The position numbers and the translations under genes were made by a program. 64,000 nucleotides of DNA from Sulfolobales archaeon (GTDB lineage Archaea; Thermoproteota; Thermoprotei_A; Sulfolobales; NBVN01), in assembly GCA_038841535.1 (NCBI GenBank), contig JAWBTQ010000004.1, forward strand, positions 64,316 to 128,315. Direction: 5' to 3'. Of the stretch, positions 48,443-57,224 are shown piece after piece (within the stretch, counting starts at the first letter, position 1; every line of letters begins with the position of its first letter). Under the pieces are notes generated by a model. That model did not search any database and had not been told where the DNA came from. It saw only the letters and a program-made list of their open reading frames with translations.

Positions 48443-48883
48443 TTACAGCCTCCTTACAGCCTCCCTAGCTTCCTCCTCTTCAGTTCTTACCCGCCTAAAC
48501 TCCATTATTATCGGCGGTATTTTCCCTGACTTCAGCATTTTTATTGCGTTATCTCTGACTAATGCGGTATGCTTTATGTCAAGCTCTAGCAACTCTATGA
48601 GTAGCCTAAAGACAGCACTCCAAACTTCTTGAAGCATCTCTTTATCGATATAGCTCAACACGAGAGGGTTCTCGAGCCATTTATCGAACTCACGAATAGT
48701 CTTCAAAATGTGGTCGAAAGCCTTCCTTATCAGCAAGACGAGAGTCAGCCTATCGGCTTCACTAATACTGCTGTTGATCTCCTTGAAGGTCTCGATAGTA
48801 GCTTTCTGCATTTCGATCCACTCACTCAAAGAATTCAGCTGAGCAACCAATCTAGATACATCAGACACCATCTTTAGCACCAC
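48443..48883 (-). CDS. DUF2153 family crenarchaeal protein
   Basis: ADRLTL...R.AF.HI..T...FD.WLENP and LLELDIKHT motifs. Confidence 0.75.
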   Translation of the reverse strand: MVLKMVSDVSRLVAQLNSLSEWIEMQKATIETFKEINSSISEADRLTLVLLIRKAFDHILKTIREFDKWLENPLVLSYIDKEMLQEVWSAVFRLLIELLELDIKHTALVRDNAIKMLKSGKIPPIIMEFRRVRTEEEEAREAVRRL

Positions 48884-48951
48884 AGAGTTATACGTACCGC
48901 AAGTTAAATATGCGAGAGTTCCTCTTGGGTCAAAGATATATGAGGCAGTGA

Positions 48952-49293
48952 CTACTGCTTTAGAGAGCTAAGGACTTCATCGATAAACCTTACAGCTTCT
49001 TCAAATTCTCTTCTACCAGCTTCAGTCAGCTCGTAAACTACGTCGCCATTCAACTTCAATGGCCTCACTAGTCCCTCTCTAGACATCCTATATATCACTG
49101 TGTATGTAGTCATAGTCTGCGGTTTTATCCCGAAAATCTCGACTATCTTTTTCTTTATTTCGTATGCTTTTAGAGGTTTCGACACAAGAAGGACTTTTGC
49201 TACGTAAAGCCAGAGAACTTCAACAGTGAGCTTTCTAACTAATCGTTCGTACGCTCTACTCTTCACTGCTACGTACACCAAAACGTATATCAA
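48952..49293 (-). CDS. PadR family transcriptional regulator
   Basis: LWLYV, AYEI, Y..IYRM..EGLV and YELTEAG motifs. Confidence 0.8.
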   Translation of the reverse strand: MIYVLVYVAVKSRAYERLVRKLTVEVLWLYVAKVLLVSKPLKAYEIKKKIVEIFGIKPQTMTTYTVIYRMSREGLVRPLKLNGDVVYELTEAGRREFEEAVRFIDEVLSSLKQ

Positions 49294-49349
49294 ACTCAGT
49301 ATTTATCTAAATTTATATTTTTAGTAGAAAATATTTTCGGGTAACGATA

Positions 49350-50474
49350 GTGATTAGAGTTGGAATAGTGGGTGTTGGTAACATAGCGTCAATGTTAATA
49401 CAGAGTATCGAGTTCTACAGGACATCTCCAGGAGAGCCCAAGGGGCTAATTCACACTAAAATAGGAGGTTACGAAGTAAGGGACATCGACGTAGTCTATG
49501 CTATAGATGTGTCTAAGTATAAAGTAGGTAGGGACCTGAGGGACGCTATTTTCGCTAAACCCAACCTAGTTCCTAAGATAGTCGAACTACCTGAGACCAA
49601 GGTAGTTGTGAGAATGGGTCGGGTTCTCGATGGAGTCGCAGAACATATGAGGGATGATTTCCCTATTTCTGATGTTAGACAACCTACGCTCGAGGAGCTT
49701 GTTGATGAAGTTAAAAGCTACTCTGTCGATGTCCTCACTAACTTACTTCCGGTAGGTAGTAGAGAAGCTTCTAGGTTCTACGCAGAAGTAGCCGCTAGAG
49801 CTGGAGTAGCCTTCGTAAACGCCATTCCCGAGTTTATAGCTAGCGATCCCCAATACACACTACTGTTCGAGAAACACGGATCTCTAGTTCTAGGTGACGA
49901 CATCAAGGGTCAAATGGGGGCAACCGCAGTTCATAGAGCTCTAGCGAGCCTGATAACTGTGAGGGGAGGCGAAATAGCCGAATCATACCAGCTTAACGTA
50001 GGAGGTAACACCGACTTCAAGAACATGCTCGATCTTCAAAGACTCGATAGCAAGAAGGTAAGCAAGACTATGGCCGTCGCAACAACCCAGCCAGATCCAA
50101 GCACAGCAGTAGGCAGGATATTTGCTGGACCTAGCGGGTATATACCGTTCCTCGGGAATACCAAGGTGTCATACATATACATCAAGGCGAAAGGCTTCAT
50201 GGAGCTTCCAGTATTAATAGACGTAAAGCTAACTGTCGACGATAAGGCTATGGCGGCAGCTGTTTTAGTCGATGTCGTGAGGATAGCTAAGGCATTGAGA
50301 ACTCGCGGAATATATGGAGGACCAGCTTGGCCGTCAGCATTCTACTTTAAGCACCCACCCAAGCCAGCAAAAAGTGATGAAGAAGCTCTAGCTACACTTT
50401 ACGAAAAGCTAGACGAACTAAAAATCCCTATAGAACCCAAGAGAATTCCGGAGTGGATGCTAAAAAGTGGCTAG
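49350..50474 (+). CDS. ino1: myo-Inositol-1-phosphate synthase
   Basis: GVGNIAS, LPVGS, GDDIKGQMGAT and QLNVGGNTDF motifs. Confidence 0.93.
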   Translation: MIRVGIVGVGNIASMLIQSIEFYRTSPGEPKGLIHTKIGGYEVRDIDVVYAIDVSKYKVGRDLRDAIFAKPNLVPKIVELPETKVVVRMGRVLDGVAEHMRDDFPISDVRQPTLEELVDEVKSYSVDVLTNLLPVGSREASRFYAEVAARAGVAFVNAIPEFIASDPQYTLLFEKHGSLVLGDDIKGQMGATAVHRALASLITVRGGEIAESYQLNVGGNTDFKNMLDLQRLDSKKVSKTMAVATTQPDPSTAVGRIFAGPSGYIPFLGNTKVSYIYIKAKGFMELPVLIDVKLTVDDKAMAAAVLVDVVRIAKALRTRGIYGGPAWPSAFYFKHPPKPAKSDEEALATLYEKLDELKIPIEPKRIPEWMLKSG

Positions 50475-50491
50475 AGGCATTCTCTACATTG

Positions 50492-50575
50492 AGGTTCGGG
50501 TCTCATGTTGGTTGATGTGGTTCGATATCAACCCTTATAAACCTTTATGAAACCTGAAACAGCCGCACGAGGCTC
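50492..50575. repeat. MITE-like/palindromic intergenic element, copy 2
   Basis: TTCGGGTCTCAT/ATGAAACCTGAA and GGTTGAT/ATCAACC inverted repeats; shares its right end with 40381-40409. Confidence 0.5.
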
Positions 50576-50820
50576 CAGATAAAACCTCTGTCGACACATT
50601 AATAGCACTGAGAGCTTTCACCGCATCTACTGGTCTAATGCTTTCCTCCAGTATATCGCAGCATAGTTTAGCTACTCTAGAGCGTACATATGCGCCCCCA
50701 TAAGTCTACAAGCGAGTTCTATAGCCTTCAGCACGGTTCGCACTAACTCCTCATGAATCAAACCTCCAATACCTCGTAGAGCTAGCACCATGGTAGCCTA
50801 GAGACGAAACGAATAGCACT

Positions 50821-52056
50821 ATGGTGGTCTTTCCGAGTAATAGAGCACACAAAATTTATAAACTCCAGCTAGAGATAGTGCTGGTGGCAACATTGAAATA
50901 TAGATACTTAGCTTACGTAGCTCTAGTACTAATAGCTCTCTCAGCTTCAGCCATACCCACCTCAGCTCAAGAGCAGGTAGGTGTGATAAAGCTTGATGTA
51001 AGTAGAACCACCGTCTATAGAGGATATCAATGGGTTGAGGTCATAGCATACATATATACTGGAGAGGCTACACCGCGCCCAACCCTGACGAAAGCAACCG
51101 CCACACTATCAGCTGGAATAACAATGACTCTATCAATGCCGTTAGTGGAGCTCTACACACCTACGACTGTTAGGATAGGTGATGTTGACTACACCGTTAA
51201 GTACCTTGCGATAGCGAGAGTCCTCATACCTGAGGCGGCATATACAGGCAAGGGTGCTCTAATAATCGAGGTTGTGGGTAGAGCTGCTGGAGTAGACTTC
51301 ACCTTCACGAGAGATATAACCTTAGAGATAGCCGACCACAGGCCTATAATTGCGACTATAACTGAGGCTCAAGCCGCTCTAGAGCGCGTGAGAGCTGTTG
51401 TTACCCTCGCTTCAGCCTTAGGAGTAGATACAGCGGGCTACATTAAGGAACTGTCATCTATAGAAAACACTATGGGGAGTGCCAGAGAGAGGCTAGAAAT
51501 ATACGGTGAAGTCGACGAGGCCTTACTGATGTACCGAGCTGTTGTAGCCTCACTGTCTTCTCTAGAGGCCAGAGTGGTGAGCTCTCTCGCAGTAAGATAC
51601 GGTGCCCTAGAGAGTAGGGTAACGTCTCTTGAGGCATCACTTACTCAAACGATAAAGAGCTTAGAGGACTTATCAAAAACTCTGGCTACCTCTATAGCTC
51701 AATTAGAGAAGGGTGTAGAGGAAGTCTCCAAGAAGTCCATGGATGCCATCTCAGCTTTAGCTAAGCAACTAGAGGACTACTCTAAGAAGGTAGACCAAAG
51801 CTTATCATCTTTCGCAGTAAGTGTTGATGATGCTCTGAAGTCTATTGCGGAAGCCACTAAGAAGTCTACAGAATCCTCACTCAACGATCTTGCCGGTAAG
51901 ATAAAGACCCTCGACGAGAATGTAGCTAAGCTAGCGGACTCGCAGAAAGAGCTAGCATTAAGGGTCTCGGATATCTCTAACAGTATTCAAATAGGTCTGA
52001 TAGTAGTAGCACTAATGCTGCTAGCCTCCATAGCTGTCATAAGATTTCTTAAGTAA
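50821..52056 (+). CDS. Secreted, C-terminally anchored protein with beta-rich N-domain and long coiled-coil stalk (likely start near 50893)
   Basis: Signal peptide (KYRYLAYVALVLIALSASAIPTSAQ), heptad-rich region and C-terminal TM helix. Confidence 0.75.
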   Translation: MVVFPSNRAHKIYKLQLEIVLVATLKYRYLAYVALVLIALSASAIPTSAQEQVGVIKLDVSRTTVYRGYQWVEVIAYIYTGEATPRPTLTKATATLSAGITMTLSMPLVELYTPTTVRIGDVDYTVKYLAIARVLIPEAAYTGKGALIIEVVGRAAGVDFTFTRDITLEIADHRPIIATITEAQAALERVRAVVTLASALGVDTAGYIKELSSIENTMGSARERLEIYGEVDEALLMYRAVVASLSSLEARVVSSLAVRYGALESRVTSLEASLTQTIKSLEDLSKTLATSIAQLEKGVEEVSKKSMDAISALAKQLEDYSKKVDQSLSSFAVSVDDALKSIAEATKKSTESSLNDLAGKIKTLDENVAKLADSQKELALRVSDISNSIQIGLIVVALMLLASIAVIRFLK

Positions 52057-52197
52057 GAGCACTTCAAGTTGAAGTAGTTTTAGTTTTTCAATGCTTCTTT
52101 TACACTCCCTAGAGGCTTAGTAGTGTATATAAGCTTACTCTTCAATGAAGTTCTAGCTTTTATATGAAGACCTCCTCTACTGCAGGGAGTAACTAAG

Positions 52198-52902
52198 TTG
52201 GCGGAGTCGAAGCAGATACTCGAGAGAGCTAAGTCTGAGGGAAGACTTAAGCTACTCGAGCACGAGTCCTTAAAGCTCTGCGAGATCTACGGGCTTCCAG
52301 TAGCTAGGTATGGGTTGGCAACTAGTGAGGAAGAAGCAGTAGCTTTAGCTAGCGATATAGGTTTTCCCGTAGTTTTAAAGGTCGTCAGCCCAGACATCAG
52401 CCACAAGTCTGATGTTGGTGGAGTTATTCTTGGAGTTAAGAGTTTGGAGGAGGTTAGAAAAGCTTACAGTACTATTATGAGTAACGTATCTACGAGATCT
52501 CCTGGAAGCAGAGTTAATGGAGTTCTAGTGCAGAGCATGGCTCAACAAGATTTAGAAGTAATAGTTGGTGGTATTAGAGATAAGGTATTTGGTCCTGTAG
52601 TAATGTTTGGACTAGGTGGGGTATTCGTTGAAGTACTTAAGGACGTAAGCTTTAGAGTTGCACCGCTTACGGAAGCAGACGTAGACGACATGATCAGAGA
52701 GATCAAAGGATATAAAGTACTCGAGGGGTTTAGAGGCTCTCCACCAAGAGACATAGAGTCTCTTAAGAAGATAATAATGGGGCTAGCTACGATGATTAGC
52801 GAATTAAGTGAGATAGAAGCAGTAGACCTTAACCCCGTCATACTATATCCACGAGGTAGAGGTGCTTTAATAGTTGATGCTAGAATAATTCTAGGTGGCT
52901 AG
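52198..52902 (+). CDS. acdB: ADP-forming acetate--CoA ligase beta subunit
   Basis: GFPVVLKVVSPDISHKSDVGGV, FGPVVMFGLGG and DLNP motifs. Confidence 0.93.
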   Translation: MAESKQILERAKSEGRLKLLEHESLKLCEIYGLPVARYGLATSEEEAVALASDIGFPVVLKVVSPDISHKSDVGGVILGVKSLEEVRKAYSTIMSNVSTRSPGSRVNGVLVQSMAQQDLEVIVGGIRDKVFGPVVMFGLGGVFVEVLKDVSFRVAPLTEADVDDMIREIKGYKVLEGFRGSPPRDIESLKKIIMGLATMISELSEIEAVDLNPVILYPRGRGALIVDARIILGG

Positions 52903-52904
52903 CT

Positions 52905-54305
52905 ATGAACCCGCTAAAGGATCTGTTCAACCCCAGAGGTGTGGCTGTAGTCGGTGCGTCTAAAGATCCGACGAAGATAGGTCACTTGATTCTGAAGAAC
53001 ATAGTTGAATACGGTTATAAGGGAGGAATATACCCAGTTAACCCTACAGTTAGTGAAGTAATGGGGCTGAAGTCCTATCCGGCTGTTTCGACTATTTCAG
53101 ATAAAGTAGACGTCGTCGTAGTATCAGTACCTAACGTTAAGGTCCTTGACGTTATAGATGACTCTGGTAAGACTGGTGTAAAGCATGCTGTTGTAATAGC
53201 TTCAGGTTTTAAAGAAGTAGGAAACGTTGAGTTAGAGAACGAGCTTGTGAGAAGAGCGAGAAGGTACGGTATGAGAGTGCTGGGACCTAATATATTTGGT
53301 TATGTATATACACCGGGAAGACTAAACGCCACGTTTGGGCCTAGAGACGTCATACCTGGCAATGTTGCGTTCATTACTCAAAGTGGTGCTCTAGGAATAG
53401 CCTTAATGGGTTCGACTATACTCGAAGGTATAGGGATCTCAGCTATCGTGAGTGTTGGCAATAAGTCAGATATAGATGACGCTGACCTCTTAGAGTTCTT
53501 TGATGAAGACCCCAATACGTCTGTGGTCCTAATATACATGGAGGGAGTTAGTGATGGTAAGAGATTCGTGAACATAGCCTCAAAGATCTCTATGAGGAAA
53601 CCAGTAGTAGTAATTAAGTCTGGTAGAACCGAAGCTGGTGCTAGAGCTGCCGCAAGCCATACTGGAAGCTTGGCTGGAAACGTCTTGCTTTACGAGACAG
53701 CCTTCAAGCAGAGCGGTGTCTTATCTGCTAAAAGTGTTGAAGAGGCCTTCGACTTCGTTAAGACCTTATCCTGGAATCCACTTCCATCTGGAGAGAAAGT
53801 AGTGGTTATTACGAATGGTGGTGGAGCTGGTGTTCAAGCGAGTGATACGCTAGCTGACGACGGGATATACCTCGAGAAGCCCCCGCAAGACTTCGTTGAA
53901 GAAGTCAAGAAGATGGTGCCACCGTTTGCTTCTCTCGCTAACCCAGTAGATCTCACGGGTATGGCTCCAGAAGACTGGTACTATAGGTCTGTTAAACTAG
54001 CAGTTCGAAACCCAGAAATAGATGCTGTCTTGATTCTCTACTGCCATACGGCGCTCACTAGCCCAGTCGGAGTAGCTAAAGCTGTATCTAAGGCTTTAGA
54101 GGAGGCTGGAGTAAGCAAGCCAGTTTCTGTCGCTCTTATTGGAGGTATCGAAGCTTATGAAGCAATTAAGTACTTAACTAACTTGAGAATACCAGCTTAC
54201 CCAACTCCTGAGAGAGCAGCGCACGCGCTAGCAGCACAGCTTAAGTACAGAAAGCACAGAGAGTACCTTATGAAGAAAGAGCATATAGTAAACAATAAAG
54301 CCTAG
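52905..54305 (+). CDS. acdA: ADP-forming acetate--CoA ligase alpha subunit
   Basis: AVVGAS, GPN, QSGAL, SHTGSLAG (phospho-His), TNGGGAG and NPVDLTG motifs. Confidence 0.93.
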   Translation: MNPLKDLFNPRGVAVVGASKDPTKIGHLILKNIVEYGYKGGIYPVNPTVSEVMGLKSYPAVSTISDKVDVVVVSVPNVKVLDVIDDSGKTGVKHAVVIASGFKEVGNVELENELVRRARRYGMRVLGPNIFGYVYTPGRLNATFGPRDVIPGNVAFITQSGALGIALMGSTILEGIGISAIVSVGNKSDIDDADLLEFFDEDPNTSVVLIYMEGVSDGKRFVNIASKISMRKPVVVIKSGRTEAGARAAASHTGSLAGNVLLYETAFKQSGVLSAKSVEEAFDFVKTLSWNPLPSGEKVVVITNGGGAGVQASDTLADDGIYLEKPPQDFVEEVKKMVPPFASLANPVDLTGMAPEDWYYRSVKLAVRNPEIDAVLILYCHTALTSPVGVAKAVSKALEEAGVSKPVSVALIGGIEAYEAIKYLTNLRIPAYPTPERAAHALAAQLKYRKHREYLMKKEHIVNNKA

Positions 54306-54321
54306 CGCTCAGTGAGATATC

Positions 54322-54939
54322 TTACTTACTAGAGTAGATTTCCTTGTTAATTAGTGGCACTAAAGCCATCACCGTAGCGTAGTAAGTTAAATCCTCTCTA
54401 GTAACCAGAGACTTTGAAAGCAGCTTTATGACACCTCCCTTGCTCCCTATGTCGTAGGTATTAAACTGCCTATCAGCTATGTCTTCTAGCTCTCTTTCCT
54501 CTCCAAGAATTAGGGCTTTAGCAAAAGAGTTAGGTATCATGAACGATGGTGATAAACCAAAGGACTCAGAACCATCTGATGTAACTACATAAACTACTTG
54601 AACGTCGAAAACCCTGTCCTCTAGGAGATAAAGTCCCGCCTCAACACCGACGCCTAAATCGCATTCCCTTACTTCCCTTAAAGCTTCAGTAGCCCTACGC
54701 CTAGCGCCTTCAATAATTATACTTAAACCCATAGGTTGAGGAGGTATGTGTGTGGACGTTTTAATGGATTCTACATCGACATCTTTAAATATAGCACTGA
54801 ACGCTTTTACAACTCCAGAGATCTTGCTGGGATTTCTAGTGCCTAAACAGACCTTCAAACAGCTATCCCAGATACGTATTTGAAGAACATTAATTAAGCT
54901 CTCTCGTATAGAATTCAAAACACAGCAATAGTTGTTCAT
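54322..54939 (-). CDS. Inosine/xanthosine triphosphatase YjjX (DUF84); likely start near 54858
   Basis: GTRNPSKI, QP.G, GVGVEAG and G...G.I..LS...VTR motifs. Confidence 0.85.
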   Translation of the reverse strand: MNNYCCVLNSIRESLINVLQIRIWDSCLKVCLGTRNPSKISGVVKAFSAIFKDVDVESIKTSTHIPPQPMGLSIIIEGARRRATEALREVRECDLGVGVEAGLYLLEDRVFDVQVVYVVTSDGSESFGLSPSFMIPNSFAKALILGEERELEDIADRQFNTYDIGSKGGVIKLLSKSLVTREDLTYYATVMALVPLINKEIYSSK

Positions 54940-55185
54940 TAAAACTCGCTAAAGACACTCAAATCCTTTCTCCTCACTCCAATATACATTTTCTAGTTAA
55001 TGCTCTCTCATACGCAAGAAACCGCCCCTAGTCAGAAAGACTTTGATATTTCTGAGAGTTACAAAGGTCTTCAAACCCAAAGGACGTAGGTTCAGCTAGA
55101 GCCTAGTGTTGTTTCCAGTTTCGCTAAAGTCTCACTCGTTTCATAAAGGTCTTTAATACCTCGCTATGCTTCTACTAAATACGGT

Positions 55186-57210
55186 GTGCCAATGATAGGG
55201 CCGAGACCGGCAGTTTTGGTGGTCTTGGGGTTGTTGGTGCTAAACCTCTACTTAGTTACCTACGCAAGCGTCTACACTGAACATATCGATGAAATTCGGG
55301 AGCTGACCATAGTCGCTGTAGCATCATTATCTAATGGAACATATACTGGGGCTTCAGCTAAGCTCAGTGTGAGAGTCGTCTGTCCTGGAAGTGGTAGGGT
55401 GTATGTAGAGACTTTACCGCTAAGTCAAATAGATCTTCAGGCATCTACTAGGATAGCGGCCATAGTAGCAAGTAGGGTCGCTGGAGTTAAATTCTCTTCA
55501 TGCGATTTTCTAGCTTCAATCAGGGCGGATTCTCCGATAGTTGGTGGCCCTAGTGCTAGTGCTGCTACAGCCGCAGCTTTCTCAGCCGCACTTCTCGGTC
55601 TAGTTCTTCGTAGTGATGTGGTACTAACTGGCATGATATTTCCTGACGGCACTATAGGACCTGTTGGAGGTCTTAGAGCAAAACTAGAAGCGGCTGCTCG
55701 ATTAGGTGCTAAGTTCTTTCTTGTTCCCTACGGCCAAACTGAGTACACTGAGACAGTTGTTGTTCCACAAACAATAGGTCCTATAACCATCTACGCTACT
55801 AAAACAGTTACAATAGATCTAGTTGATTACGGAAGAAAACTGGGGGTTGAAGTTATTCCAGTAGCGACGATACATGACGCTTTATACATATTTACTAATG
55901 GGGCATATAACCCACCGAAGTCTATAGACAGGAGTCTAACTTCAGCTTACACTACACTAGCAGTAGAGCATCAAGTTAAGAGTTGGTCCAGGGTCTTACT
56001 AAATAGAGTAAATGAATCCAAAGTTATCGGAGATTCAATTAAGGAGAACGTGCTAAGTTCTTTATCGAGATCTCTCAGAGCTTACGTCGAGTCTTTAGTA
56101 AATGACTTAGAGAGTAAGGCTTCCCTACTAATATCTCAAGCTGAAGATCTTTACAGGCAAGGTTATCTCTACTCAGCAGCGTCTATGTACTTTCAGGCAC
56201 TAACGTACTCTTTGTGGAGGCTATACTTACTGAGAGGATTCCAGAATGCGGAAGACCTAGGCACTGTGAGAGACAGCATCGAGAAGGGGGTAAACAACGT
56301 TCTTCAAAAGGTTCGCGGTGAGCTAACTAAACCAGGTACGATATGCTTACAGAACCTAGATGTATATGTTGCTGTCTTAAACAGAGTTTACGAGGCCTTA
56401 CTATACCTGAATAAATCCTTAGCTGAGTCTAGAGTGGATAGACTGGCATACTACTTAGCTCTAGCAGATTCTAGAGTAATTACAGCTGAACTCTGGAGCT
56501 CGCTTCTAGAAATAGAGCATGCTGGAGAAAGTATATGCTGCCCGTTGAGAACTAAATACATCGAGGACTCTACTTTTGTAGTAGAAAACTTAGTGTACAA
56601 CATATACACCTACATAATCTCATTCGAGAGTCAGGTCAACATATACACGAGTACGTTCGATGAAATGATTGCGAGAATGAACTTAATGAAGAATGCGGTA
56701 GTACCCATAGATAGGCTATCGCTCGGAATAGAAGCGTTAGCCTACGGGTACGCCACGTTAGTTAATATGTTCTCACAGAACATAAACAGCACTCTTACGG
56801 CTTTAAATAGAGCTATAAGCATAGAGCTTGAATCAGAGCCGCTTAAGAGATGCCTTCCAACTAGCTTAGTACTATATTTAGAGCTAGCCTCAACTCAGGA
56901 GGAATCAGCGATTACGAAGGCGTACATTCTCGCAAGGGTTTCGGCAATGATATCGTTCTATGTGGATTCCTTGAGAGAAGGAGGTCTCTCTGAAGACGAG
57001 GTTAAATCAGAGTCGACTACCCCCGTCGGCAGGAATCAATCTGTTGTCACCCAGACTACTACTCAAGTAGTAACTTTAACAGTTAACGTCTCAGATAAGC
57101 AGGTGGAATCCTTAGCTTACGTTACCTACATGACTATCGGGATTTTACTTGGCGCGTCTTTAGCTCTAGTAGCCGTGCTTATTTCGCGAAAGGCAGTACA
57201 CCTTAAGTGA
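55186..57210 (+). CDS. Membrane-anchored archaeal S16 (Lon-C) serine protease
   Basis: Signal/TM helix, GGPSAS (Ser) and GPVGGLRAK (Lys) dyad, Thr-rich linker, C-terminal TM. Confidence 0.88.
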   Translation: MPMIGPRPAVLVVLGLLVLNLYLVTYASVYTEHIDEIRELTIVAVASLSNGTYTGASAKLSVRVVCPGSGRVYVETLPLSQIDLQASTRIAAIVASRVAGVKFSSCDFLASIRADSPIVGGPSASAATAAAFSAALLGLVLRSDVVLTGMIFPDGTIGPVGGLRAKLEAAARLGAKFFLVPYGQTEYTETVVVPQTIGPITIYATKTVTIDLVDYGRKLGVEVIPVATIHDALYIFTNGAYNPPKSIDRSLTSAYTTLAVEHQVKSWSRVLLNRVNESKVIGDSIKENVLSSLSRSLRAYVESLVNDLESKASLLISQAEDLYRQGYLYSAASMYFQALTYSLWRLYLLRGFQNAEDLGTVRDSIEKGVNNVLQKVRGELTKPGTICLQNLDVYVAVLNRVYEALLYLNKSLAESRVDRLAYYLALADSRVITAELWSSLLEIEHAGESICCPLRTKYIEDSTFVVENLVYNIYTYIISFESQVNIYTSTFDEMIARMNLMKNAVVPIDRLSLGIEALAYGYATLVNMFSQNINSTLTALNRAISIELESEPLKRCLPTSLVLYLELASTQEESAITKAYILARVSAMISFYVDSLREGGLSEDEVKSESTTPVGRNQSVVTQTTTQVVTLTVNVSDKQVESLAYVTYMTIGILLGASLALVAVLISRKAVHLK

Positions 57211-57224
57211 AAATCGTTGCCCAG

